Shown here piece by piece: positions 18,977-33,500 of a stretch of 64,000 nt of DNA. Position 1 is the first letter of the stretch. Each line of letters opens with the position of its first letter. The notes beneath the pieces were generated by a model. That model saw nothing but the letters and a program-made list of their open reading frames with translations. It searched no databases and was not told the DNA's origin. The stretch lies in NCBI RefSeq assembly GCF_009914755.1, contig NC_060927.1. One strand, 5' to 3'. The DNA is from the human T2T-CHM13v2.0 reference genome, Homo sapiens. The translations under genes and the position numbers were made by a program.

Positions 18977-20405
18977 GGACCAAAAGTATTTCTTAAGGGA
19001 GTTCACAAAATATGGTAAATAGCAGCATCATTGGAATAAGTCTGTAACATCACAAGACTAGGAAGGTTAAATCCTAGCTCTTGCCAAAATGCCTGATTAC
19101 TATCGATGAAATGTAGAACGAATACTATCACAAATGGGATATGGGGAAGTGAGGCAGGTGACGTCAAGAAGGATACCCAGTTCTTTAGTAAGAAGGAACT
19201 GGGTGACTATAACCTGCCATTACTTCAGTGGAGCACCTAGGAAATGAATTAGGTTTGGAGATCATTTTGAGGCACCTTTGAAAACAAGGGGAGAATAGAA
19301 AGTGGGCATTTGTAAATTAGTCATTTCTACAAATGATAACTGAAACCCTAAGAAAGGAATTAGAGAAATATGTGACCACTGAGATGCTGGTGGCAAAGAA
19401 GTATTAGGATGAAGATGCAGGAGGGAAAGGATGATAAATTAAGGTTTTAGGAAAAATGGGATTGGATGGAATGGTTTACAAGTGTCTGGACTGGTTTCTA
19501 ATGACAAGAGCCTTATTGCTGGAACAAACAGAGGCATTTTTGCCTGTCAACAGTGCCAAAAGATGGGAAAGGAGTGTTAATCATTGCTGGGTGAGGCATC
19601 AAAGCCCCGACAACAAAAAGTGTTGGCTCTCGGGTAGTAAGAAGAATTTACTGACAACAGTATAGGTTTGAAAAGGAAGTTTCATTAGATAGATAGGAGG
19701 ATGCAGAAGGATGCAGCAGGGCGCTTCAGCAAGAGAGGACTGAGCTCGCCACAGGAGATTTTTCCTTAGGAGTATTTATAGAGCTTAAAGCAGGAGCTTA
19801 AGGGTAATTTGGACCGTATTAGCCATGTAGGTAATGATAAATGATTATATTTGTAGACATTTTGGTGCCTTGATGTTAGCAAGGGTTGCACAGTGAGTTT
19901 TGACATGCATGTATTTGGAGATGTATAGAAATTCTAGTTACTTCCAAATTTGGGGGAAAGAAGCCTGGTACCAGATGCCAGGTTTTTATAATGGGGAAGT
20001 CTAATCACTTCTAAATTCCTCAGGTAAGGAGTTTTGCCTGCAGATAGTCTGCTTGATGGCCACCAGGTGATCTTTGCTCTCCTCATTTTCCCCCTGACAG
20101 ATATCTTGGTCAAATATTTGACCCTTTCGAATCCCCCATGCTCCTCTGTACCTTCTGCCTATTATGGTTTCAAGAAAGGGGAAACGGCACAGTGAAGAGG
20201 GGTGTCAGGTCTGTCTGGCTACTTCTTGCTGAAAGGGAGCATTGAGGGGATAAGTCACATTTTTCCCTTTCTTGCTCTGTGTCATGAAGGGTTATGAAAA
20301 ACTTACTGGGGACAGGAGACACCGGATTCCATCAAGAGGCCCCATATATGTGGAAGTTGCTGTTGCAGGCTGGTATTGGGATTACATAATCATCTGTAGG
20401 TGGAA

Positions 20406-21128
20406 TCATTGTAATCTGGAAGATAGAAACTTAATGAGAGCATTAAAGAGGCAGGGACCAAATATTAGAGGAAGAATAATGAGGAATAAAGGTCCAAGGA
20501 ATGGGAGAAACCAGGTGATTTTTGGGAACCAATTAGTAAGGATTTTGGCCCACTTTGGGTTACTTTGAGAAGGTGTGTGTAGCCATTTGGTTTGTTTGAA
20601 AATTTCTTGGACATCAGCTTCCACTTCTCCAGACACATTAATGTAGGTGCAACACATTTTGTTAATGACAGCACAGACTCCTCCTTATTCAGCTAGGAGG
20701 TAATCTGGAGCCCTTCTGATATCAACAACCATTCCTGCTAGTGAGGCTACAGACTTTTCTAGTGCTGATAGACTTGTGCTAGTTTTTGCTATTGTGAGGG
20801 AGGCAGCATGTTCACATAGTGTGATTTCATGATAAGTACAACCTCCCCAAGGGGTGAGAGTTGTGATGATTCCCACAACTCCAACAATAAGTCCTAGGGC
20901 CCTTTTTCATCTAGAATGGGATTCTAGATTGGAAGTTATGTTTAAGACAGTGATTTGGGCAGGAGCTATTGTACCCAGGGTACAAACATCATAACGAAGA
21001 GAATTATCAAGGTGGGATAGGGCCAAAGCTTGAAAAGGATTTAAATAATTAATAGCAGTGCCACAAAACCATAAGAGTTCAGGAGGGGCAGGTAATACAT
21101 TTTTGAGGCTTCTTGCACTAAGGGCCAC
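20406..21128 (-). pseudogene. ERV env TM remnant
   Basis: Furin-like SR*KR, ISD-like DIRRAPDYLLAE*GGVC, CX6CC (CAVINKMCC) and TM WFLPFLGPLFLIILPLIFGPC; in-frame stops. Confidence 0.85.
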
Positions 21129-21196
21129 CGCTGCTAAGGCTCTTAAGCCATCCCTGGCATACTAGGTCTAAAGTTTTTTTTTAAATATGCTATAGG

Positions 21197-23431
<2,235 letters not shown>

Positions 23432-23974
23432 GCAAGGGGTGCACAATGAGTTTTGACATGCGTGCATTACGGAGATGCATAGAAATTCTAGTTACTTTTA
23501 AATTTGGAGGGAAGAAGTCTGGTACCAGATGCTGGCTTTAGGTAACAGGGAAGTCTAGTTACCTCTAAATTCCTCAGGTAAGGAGTTTCTGCCTAAGGAT
23601 GGTCGGCTTCATGGCCACCAGGTGATCTTTGCTTTCAATTCTATTGGCTTGATTTCATCTGTGGCAGTTTCTGGGGGGAATCAAAATTATAGGAACAAAA
23701 TAAAACTAACAGTAAAACTTTCATGCTGACTGGGGAATGCTTAACGTTTAAAAATAGGTGCTGAAGGGTCCAAAGCAAACAACACAAGCCGGAAAAGAAA
23801 TGTTTAAAAGTTAGCTATATTTATACAAGGAAAACCAAAAGAAATACTTAAATGAGACTTTTAAAATTCGAGGCTCTCCACTGAGACTTGTTCCCTGGCG
23901 CCAGCTCCGGGAGTTCCGCAGAGCCTCGCCCCCTGCCAGGGCGCCCGGGGCGAAGGACCGCACGGCGCATGCGC

Positions 23975-24177
23975 GCCTCCTCCAGCAGTCCCTTTCCCCT
24001 TCTTCCCCAAGATCCAGCGCGTGCTCGGTTGCCCTTCTCCGTTCCTTGCAGGCCCTTGGGTCAGGACCCACCACCTGCCGGACCATCATTTTCCGAGTCC
24101 CTCCGGCCTAGTCGGAGTGCTCGCTCGCGCCTCCTAAAGCTCTCAGCCGAGCGCGCCGAGACCCCTCAGGGCGGCCG
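23975..24177 (+). other. TCAIM: TCAIM alternative non-coding first exon 1a (start approximate)
   Basis: Strong donor CCG|GTAAGA at 24178, downstream of an NRF1 site. Confidence 0.55.
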
Positions 24178-24609
24178 GTAAGAAGGCGGAGGGGCGGGGG
24201 CTCAAAGCGCGCGGGGAAGGTGCAGCAGTCACCAGGGTGCTGACGTCAGCTAGAGGCAGGGCACCGCGGAAGGTTGAATCCACGCCCTGGCTGTGCGCAG
24301 GCGCCGTAGGGGGAAGGCCTGGCACGCTCCAGCCAACCAGGGCGTCACCTGCAGCTCGTCCCCCTGCCCGGGCTTGCCTCGAGCGCCCTGCCGCCGCCGG
24401 AGCGGGGAGGGTGTTGGGGGCAGGTGGAGCCGGGAGGGCCCAGCTGAGAATTCAGGGTTGGGGGCTCAGAGGGCACTGCGGCTAGGAGCCCGTCAAAGCC
24501 TGTCGCCCACCGGGGCGAGGGCAGGTGGGAGCGCCTGGCCGTGCGTCGCGCGCTGGTTGGCCAGCTGACGCCCCAGTGCGCATGCGCGTCCGAACAGCCC
24601 TGCGGGCGG

Positions 24610-24692
24610 AGCGACTGTCCTCCCTTCTGGTGTACTGGGTGGGAGGTGGAACTAGTCGGACAAAGCCCTCGCGTCGGACCCTTGCCAGAACT
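24610..24692 (+). other. TCAIM: TCAIM non-coding first exon 1b (start approximate)
   Basis: Donor ACT|GTAAGG at 24693, downstream of the second NRF1 site and a GC box. Confidence 0.6.
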
Positions 24693-26540
24693 GTAAGGAG
24701 CAAGAGGGGAGGGGCTCCGGTGGTGCATTCATGCTCCTCTAGGGGGGAAGCGGGGTCGGAGGGGAGTGCTCAGAGCCACCTTAGCGCAAAGTGCTAACTT
24801 TTGAATTGAGGCAGTGCCAGGGGACGCAGTATCCGCATCGCATCTACATTTTAACTCGCTGTGAAATGAGAACGCAAAGACGATTTAGGTTTTATTGTTT
24901 CCGACTTATATTTTTCCGAGGTCTTTGATTTACGGGAAATTGTTACGTACTAAATCTCATATAGCAAGAGATTTAGAAAAGGAAGCTACAGAATCTAGGC
25001 TAATGTATCTAATAGCATTTCCTGCTTTTGCTCTTTTTCTTTGCCTTTTTCCCCTACTCTAAGAAGTTCATATTCAACTGAAAAGCCATGAAAATTACCG
25101 CTTTTGTCCCTCCTTGATATAACAAACTGCTTTCAGAAACCGTACAAGATAGTCACTAAGGGAAGTCACAGTTCAAATGAGAGTGGCATGATATTAATTT
25201 TGTTAAAATAAATTACTTTCAAATAAAAGTTGTGCCAAATGGTCAAAGCTCAATCCTGAGAGCTCTATTTGGCACACACTCGGTGTTAGTTGAAAGTAAG
25301 CAAAACAAAACCGTTTTTCGTGTACTCTTCCATAATTTGGATTTTTCACTGATTTAGGTATCTTTCCACCAAATTTGGTTTGAAACTGCACAGATTTAAT
25401 GCCTCACTTAGAACAGATTTTAGGTAAAATTAGAAATTTTCACTTTATGAAACAGAAACTAATATCACTGTTAAGTAGATTAAAGTAGTCATTTACAATG
25501 GTTTGTAAATAAATTTTATCCTTCCCGGTCCTCTGCCCTCTTCCAGGAAAGGCACCATTTCCTTAGAGAAGACCTTCCTGAGCTCTCCCCGCCCCATTCC
25601 AAGTGTTGCGTCTGGGAGTTTCTCATATTCTGTGCATGTTTGTATTATTGCATTTACTGCGTTGTTTTATACTTATCTGCTTGTGTCTGTTTTTACACTC
25701 CCCCCTCCCTCTAAAAGTCTTTTGAGTATTAGAATTGTCTTAATAATTTTCTAGTCCCAATGCTTTACGCAGGACCTGGCCCATAAGTGGTGATGAATGG
25801 GTGAGTTAAAGACTCGGTATGCCTCCCAAGTGTGATAAGACAGTGCAACCTCTTCAGTTATTTTATAGCATTTTCCAAGTGGAAGTATAGTGGGCTAAGT
25901 GCAGTATGGACAGGAACCACCTATGTAAGAATTTATCTGAAGACGAGAAGCCTGCGGTTGATGTGGATGTCCCAGACTTTTGGAGCTAGTGTCTGAATGA
26001 GAGCACCCAACTCTACTCTGAAGCAATGTGTCTTCAGTCAGCTGATAGTAATTTGATTTTCTGTGTAGCTAGTCCTGAAAGAGGAAGAACATTAGATCTG
26101 AATCTTCTAGTTGTCTTAGCAGTTATAATCTCAAAGTAAATTTACAGATTGACATTCCAGTTATCAGGCCTTCTAATTTAGCTTCCCCAAGGCCCACGTA
26201 TTTCTGTCTTGAAGTGATAAAATTGGGTTCTGTTCTTACAAGGTTGAAGACTAACCCAAGATCTGGGCGTTGTGAAGAGGCAGGCAGCCATGCCTGCCAA
26301 CCTGCTGGACATTGTCTCTACTTAGAATTTTGGTTTTTTTAATCTGAAAAGTACATAAACCATACAGGAAACAAAGAACTAATTCAAGCAAAAACTTGAA
26401 ATCCTCCTTTGATTTTTAGCATAAATTGGGTAGCTAAAGATCCAAGTTTGTATTAAATAATTATTTTTAAAGAATTAAAGCTTAAACATTAACAGATGCC
26501 CCAGAATCCTCTTTGGTGATAGAATCAGGATTCCCTAATA

Positions 26541-26693
26541 CAGTGGTTCTCAAACCTGAGTGTGCATCAGAATCCCTGACAGTGTGTTAAAACAGATTCC
26601 TCCATCCCACCCAGATTCTGATTCTGCAGGACTCGGATGGGACCTGATAATTTGCATTTCTCACGGATGCTGTTGCTGCTTTGAAAACCACTG
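26541..26693. mobile_element. MER5A MITE
   Basis: TIRs CAGTGGTTCTCAAA ... TTTGAAAACCACTG. Confidence 0.8.
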
Positions 26694-28713
26694 CCCTAAG
26701 AGTTATTTCTTTCTCTCCTTCCTACCCTGTCCCTTTCTTCTTTTCCAAAACTGGATCCTCATCTGTCACTTAGTCGTCAGAGCCCATTCTTGAAGAGCTT
26801 ACAGGAAATACTCAAAAGACTCATAGTACTCGGTTTTTCATTCTTATTCTTAAACAGAACGAGAAAATATATTTTTAATTTTTTCCAATGATTTGTATAG
26901 GAAGTGATCATCTTAGAGCAATAATTTTGTTGAATGGATAGCAGAATTATTAACTGAATATATTTTTATATATATAGGCATTTTCCTCTAGAAATATGAA
27001 TTGGCTGCCATTGTGGGAGAGAGGAGAATTATTGGAAAAAGGAAAAGTCACATTCCCTCTCATTTCTCCCCTATTGCTCTCTCATTGTTTCTCCATGACC
27101 CAGAACACTGTCTTTAAAAAGTCAGTATTAATTCATAAAAAGACAATTCCCACAGCACAATATAACTTTATTATATTCACTTTAGGTTTTTATTTTGAAG
27201 AGAGAAATGCTACTTCCATCAAAACTTGTGTTTTTATTGGTTAGCAAGTGCCACCTTTGTCTTCAAATGGTAAAAGTAAACAACTAGCTATTTTTTAATT
27301 CTGATGAATTAAAAGTATTTTTCTAGAGAAAAATTTGTGAAATTATTCATCTGTACTTTTTGAATTGTATGTAGCCTTGGCAAAATTGCCTACTACCTTG
27401 TGTTTAAGACCTTCAGACATTGATTCCTTATTGTGATAATTCTGAGTTTTTCAACAAAGTTTTTCAAAATTTGTTTTTGAATAAAATGTTGTATTGAACT
27501 GCATGTTTGAGCAATATGTTATCTGACATTAGATGGAAAAAAATTATGCCATTTTTTAATACACTCTGACATAATAATAGTTGCAACTGTAATGAATTTT
27601 TTATTTACTAAATGTGGCTAAATCCCTTATGCATATTCTACTTAAGCTTCACAAAAGTTCTATGAAAAAGATAGCCCCTACTTTCATAAGTGATGTACCC
27701 CTGAAAACACATACACAAAGTCAGATGTGGGATTCCACATCCACAGTGCTTAAACATCATTATTAGGTTCTAAATTAGATTTCACCTTTTAGAAAAGTCT
27801 TATTGAATATTTCTAGCATTTTGTCTGTGTCTTTCCACCATTTTATCTTAAATGTGCTGTCCAGATAACTTCAGTGAGCATCAGATACAGACCAAATATC
27901 AATATAGATAACGTTTTCTCATTTGTATTTCATTTCGTATTCTTTATTACTAGTATTAGAATTGTAATTTTTCTTTTTTATAAAATAAAGACAAAATTCA
28001 ATAAAATATTCACTAATTTCATTTACTAAATTGTACTCCTGTCTAGCAGATTAGCATTGTGTTAGCTCAAAGTATTCTCTCAGTTAATGAAAACTTAAGA
28101 TTCAGAATTAAAAGGCAGTTTGGAGTGGGGACAGAATGTTTATATATATCCACATGTTTCTGCTGTAATGCCATTCTTGCATTCCTTGAAATCCTGACAT
28201 GCTGCCAAACAATAAGCAAAAGTAACAGTTTGTGGAGAAAAAGCACACACCACTCAAAACTGAACAAAATTTTATAAGAGCCCTAACAAAAACCCTAACC
28301 CTAATAAACATGGTAGTAAAATTAAATCTAGTTTAGACCAGTTTCATCAAGATTAACATTCTAATCTAGGAGTAGCTTTATTTATCAATCAAATTTTTTT
28401 TTAAAAGACTTGGAAATCTCTAGCTTTTTCGTTTATCCTAGCACATTGCCAGATGGTTTGATGAAGTGGAAAATGTAGCCAGACTTGAACCCACTAAACA
28501 TCTGCTTCTTAAACCAAAAGAAAGAAATACCAGGAGATTTTTTTTCCTTAAGGTCTTTACATATCACTAAAGCCTTTTTTTTTTTTTTAAATTGTAGAAA
28601 GCCTACCTCTGATCACTTCAAATCAGTAATATGTTGGGGGTAAAGTGCATATATAAGTCTTTCCCCTATTGACCAATTGCATATAAGCTGATTCACATTA
28701 AATAAACATTTTA

Positions 28714-29041
<328 letters not shown>

Positions 29042-29227
29042 TTAACCATCTATGTTATTTAAGAGATGAGGAAACAGACTCCAGAAGGTAACGTAACTTG
29101 CCCTTGCTCACACAGTCACTGAAGATGTCAAGATTTGAATACAGATCTCAAGCCCCCTAGCCTCCATTTCCTAACCATTATGCAAACTACCTACTTTGAC
29201 AGTCACATTCACTGGAAGTGTTTAGAT

Positions 29228-29520
29228 CAGCACAATCCAATAAAAATAGAATGTAAGCCTTGGATATAATTTAAAATTTTCTAAAAACTAGATGTTTTAC
29301 TTTTTAAAAAGTAAAAGTGAAATTAATTTTAATAAATTATAATTTCAACACATAACCAATATGAAAAATTATTACTGAGATACTTTCCATTGTTTGTACT
29401 GAATCTTTTAAATCCAGTGGGTATGTTAAGCTTAACACATCTCTATTTAGACTAACCACATTTCAAGTGCACAGTAGCTACATGTGGCTAGTGGCTGCCT
29501 ACTGTTTTAGACAGCAGAGG
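29228..29520. mobile_element. MER33-like hAT-Charlie element
   Basis: CAGCACAATCCAATA.. and CCACATTTCAAGTG..CACATGTGGCTAGTGGCT-like end. Confidence 0.7.
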
Positions 29521-29883
29521 CCTAGATTGTAATTCTATTACTCTACTGAAATGTAAACCTTTTTAGGAAATAGCTTGCTCACAAAATAAGCAGATAGAAA
29601 ACACCTAATTCTCAACCTGTCATTTTTTTAGTGCTCTCTTTCTAAATCTGGAAACCATGATTTAATGTTTAGATTTGTATTTGGTAACATTTTATTTTTG
29701 TTGAGAAAATCTATTGTCACATTTCTAAGCACTAATGTCCTTTATTAGTCATTTCTCAGTAGTAGTTTAGTTATACTCTGTGATTACAAAGCGATTAGTG
29801 GATGAATGTATTTTTCTGGATAACTAAAGACCTTGAACTTTACACAAATTTTATTTTGCTTTGATTATTTTTGATGGAAATGC

Positions 29884-30155
<272 letters not shown>

Positions 30156-30251
30156 TCAGAAATGCTTCTGAAATGCTTCTAAAATGTGCTACATAATTCC
30201 ATCTTACACACAACATACTTTATCCTCCATGATTAAAAGTCATTAAGGATA

Positions 30252-30516
30252 CTATCTTAGTCTTCAGCTGCTGTGTCAAACTATCATAAACCAGATAGCT
30301 TAAAAACAACAGAAATATATTTCTTGCGGTTCTGGAGTCTGGGAAATTCAACATCAAGATGTCTGCAGATTTGTTGTCTTGCTATAACTTCACATGGTAG
30401 GGGGCAAGATAGCCCTCTGGGGCTTTTTTCTTTTTCCTTTTTTGTAATTTTCCTTTTTTCTGATAGTTTTGATCAGAGGACAGGACTTTTTATAAGGGCA
30501 CTAATGACCTTATTAC
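30252..30516. mobile_element. MLT1A-like MaLR LTR (target of the HERV-H insertion; continues at 36253-36280)
   Basis: AAACAACAGAAAT.TATTTCT..GTTCTGGAG.CTGGGAA; TTTTATAAGGGCACTAAT..ATTAC|CTCCC.AAGGCCCCAC. Confidence 0.7.
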
Positions 30517-33500
30517 TGTCACACGCGTCCGTGTGAAGAGACCACCAAACAGGCTTGGAGAGAGCAATGAAGCTTTTTATTCACCTGGGTGCAGGCGGGC
30601 TGAGTCCAAAAAGAGAGCAGAGGGAGTTAGGGGTGGGGTAGTTTTATAGGATTTGGGTAGGTAGTGGGGAAAATTACAGTCAAAGGGGATTGTTCTCTTG
30701 CGGGCAGGGGCGGGGGTCACAAGGTGCTCAGTCGGGGAGCTTCTGAGCCAGGAGAAGGAATTCAATTCACAAGGTATTGTCATCAGTTAAAGCAGGAACC
30801 GGCCATTTTCACTTCTTTTGTGATTCTTCAGTTACTTCAGGCCATCTGGATGTATACGTTCAGGCTTGGGCTCAGAGGCCTGACATTCCTGTCTTCTTAC
30901 ATTAATAAGAAAAATAAAATAGTGGTAAAGTGTTGGGGCCCTGAAAATTTTTGGGGGTGGTATGGAAAGATAATGGGCGATGTTTCTCAGGGCTGCTTCG
31001 AGCAGGATTGGGGCGGCGTGGGAACCTAGAGTGGGAGAGATTAAGCTGAAGGAAGATTCTGTGGTAAGAGGTGATATTGTGGGGTTGTTAGAAGGAGCAT
31101 TTGTTGTATAGAATGATTGGTGATGGCCTGGATACGGTTTTGTATGAATTGAGAAACTAAACAGAAGACGCAAGGTCCAAATAAGAGAAGGAGAAAAACA
31201 GGTATTAAAGGACTTAAGAATTGGGAGGACCCAGGACATCCAACTAGAGAGTGCCCAAGGGGGTTCAGCATAATTACTTGCTTGGTTGGCAAGTTTTTGG
31301 GCTCTATCTTTGAGTTTTTTTATGTTGTCATATACCAGGCCAGATTGATTTAGGTAAAAACAACACTCTTCGTTTAATATACAGAGTCCCCTTTTTTTTT
31401 AGCAGTGACTAACGAGTCCTCCACGATTTTGGAGGAAAGAGAAATACAAAGCCAGCAATTGTTTGTTAAAGAAGGATTAGAAACGGCTAGGAGAGAGTGA
31501 GTGAGATTGATAGTGTGGTGGAGATAGCTGGGGAGAGGTAGAGGGTGGCATAAGAACGGGAACAAGAATAAGAGTGAGTATGAAAGTAAAGAATAGGACT
31601 TCATCAAGGTGAAAGTATTGGAGTGTACCCTGCCAGCAAGATCATCTATCCACTTTAAGAGAGACTTAAGGGTGGTGGTTTGAGGTAAAACCAGAAGGTA
31701 TCAGTTATGATGGTTTGAAGGAAAAGTGTAAACCGGCAGTGGAAACAAGGGCAGGGCATTTATGAGTAGTTGAGAATGGTGAATAGGAGTATGACTAGAC
31801 AGAAGATAGTAGGGATGACAAGTTTTTGGGGTACAGTCCAAGTTAGGCTGGTGTCTGGAATGAGACTGGGGCCTAATAAAAAGGAGCATCCATAGGAGCT
31901 CAAATGGGCTGTACCCTGTAGCGTCCCGAGGACAGGCCCGAATTCTGAGAAGGGCAAGTGGTAAAAGTATTGTCCAGTCCTTTTTAAGTTGGAGGCTGAG
32001 CTTGGCGAGGTGTGTTTTTAAAAGATCATTAGTCCGTTTTACCTTTTCCGAAGATTGAGGACGGTAAGGGGAAGGTTCTACTGAATACCAAGAACCTGAG
32101 AAACTGCTTGGGTGATTTGACTAGTAAAGGCTGGTCCATTATCGGACTGTATAGAGGTGGGAAGGCCAAACCAAGGAATTGTGTCTGACAGAAGGGAAGA
32201 AATGACCACGGTGGACTTCTCAGACCCTGTGGGAAAGGCGTCTACCCATCCAGTGAAAGTGTCTACCCAGACCAAGAGGTATTTTAGTTTCCTGACTCGG
32301 GGCATGTGAGTAAGTCAGTTTGCCAGTCCTGGGCAGGGGCAAATCCCCGAGCTTGATGTGTAGGGAAGGGAGAGGGCCTGAACAATCCCTGAGGAGTAGT
32401 AGAATAGCAGATGGAACACTGAGAAATGATTTCCTTGAGGGTAGAATGTCCATGGTGGAAAGGAAATGAGAGATTCTAAGAGGCACGCTAGCGGCTTGTA
32501 ATCTACATGGAAGTTATGAGAATTGTAGGGAGTGAGTTGAGCATAGTTTGTGATTTTGAGGGCCTCTAAAAGTATTAGAGCAGCAGCAGCTGCCGCGTGC
32601 AGACATGAAGGCTAGGCTAAAACAGTAAGGTCAAGTTGTTTGGACAGAAAGGCTACAGGGCGCAGTCCTGGCTCTTGTGTAAGAATTCTGACCACAGAGC
32701 CCTGTACTTCGGCTGTGTGTAATGAAAAGGGTTGGGATGAGTTAGGGAGAGCTAGTATGGGAGCAGCTTTTAGGGCTGTTTTTTAAGGAATGGAAAGGGG
32801 AGCAGGGAAAGGATTTAGGATTTATGGTGTCAGCTAGGTTTCCTTTTGTGAGTTTATATAATGGTTTAGTCAGGATGGTAAAACTAGGTATCCAAAGGCG
32901 GAAGTACCTAACCATGCCTAGGAAGAAAAGGAGTTGTTGTTTTGTAGAAGGGGTTGGGGTTTTGGAGATTAGCCAGACACGATCAGCAGGGAGAGCACGT
33001 GTGTTTTTATGAAGAATTATGCCGAGATAGGTAACAGATGAGGAAGAAATTTGGGTTTTGGAGGACGACACGAGATATCCTTTTGATAACAGATGTTGGA
33101 GGAGCAGGAGGATGTCCTCTTGGGAAGATTTATAGGAGGGGCTATATAGTAGAAGGTCATCAAAATACTTAATAAGGTGTGAAGTAGATGGACAGAAAGA
33201 GAGTAAATTATGAGAAAGGGCTTGACCGAAGTAATGGGGGCTGTCCCTGAAGGCTTGCGGCAGTACAGCCCAGGTAAGTTGCTGAGACTGATGGATGTCA
33301 GGGTCAGTCCAGGTAAAAGCAAAGGGGCTGGGAGGAGGAGTGCAGGGGAATAGTGGAAAAAGCATGTTTTGAGATCCAGAACAGAATAATGGGTGGTGGA
33401 GGGACGTATTGAGGATAGGAGAGTATATGGGTTTGGCACCACAGGGTGGATAGGCAAAACAATTTGGCTGATAAGGCACAGATCCTGAACTAACCTGTAA

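Larger units (their letters stand above)
23895..24850. promoter_or_regulatory. TCAIM: CpG island / TCAIM promoter
   Basis: High GC and CpG; NRF1 palindromes GCGCATGCGC at 23965 and 24578; GC box at 24191; full CRE TGACGTCA at 24241. Confidence 0.9.

Noticed and set aside
20406-21128. Possible co-opted syncytin-like env
   Set aside because: In-frame stops in the furin site and ISD, frameshifts, and most of SU deleted
23811-24797. Overlapping Arg/Pro/Gly-rich ORFs in the CpG island
   Set aside because: Expected from stop-codon scarcity at high GC; the exon-1a ORF is not in frame with TCAIM after splicing
25860-26310. Possible extra 5' UTR cassette exons in TCAIM intron 1 (acceptors near 25868 and 26242)
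   Set aside because: Acceptor-like sequences are present but there is no convincing GT donor; cannot be supported without RNA data
28281-28305. Telomere-like CCCTAA units
   Set aside because: Only 2-3 interrupted units, too short to call an interstitial telomeric sequence
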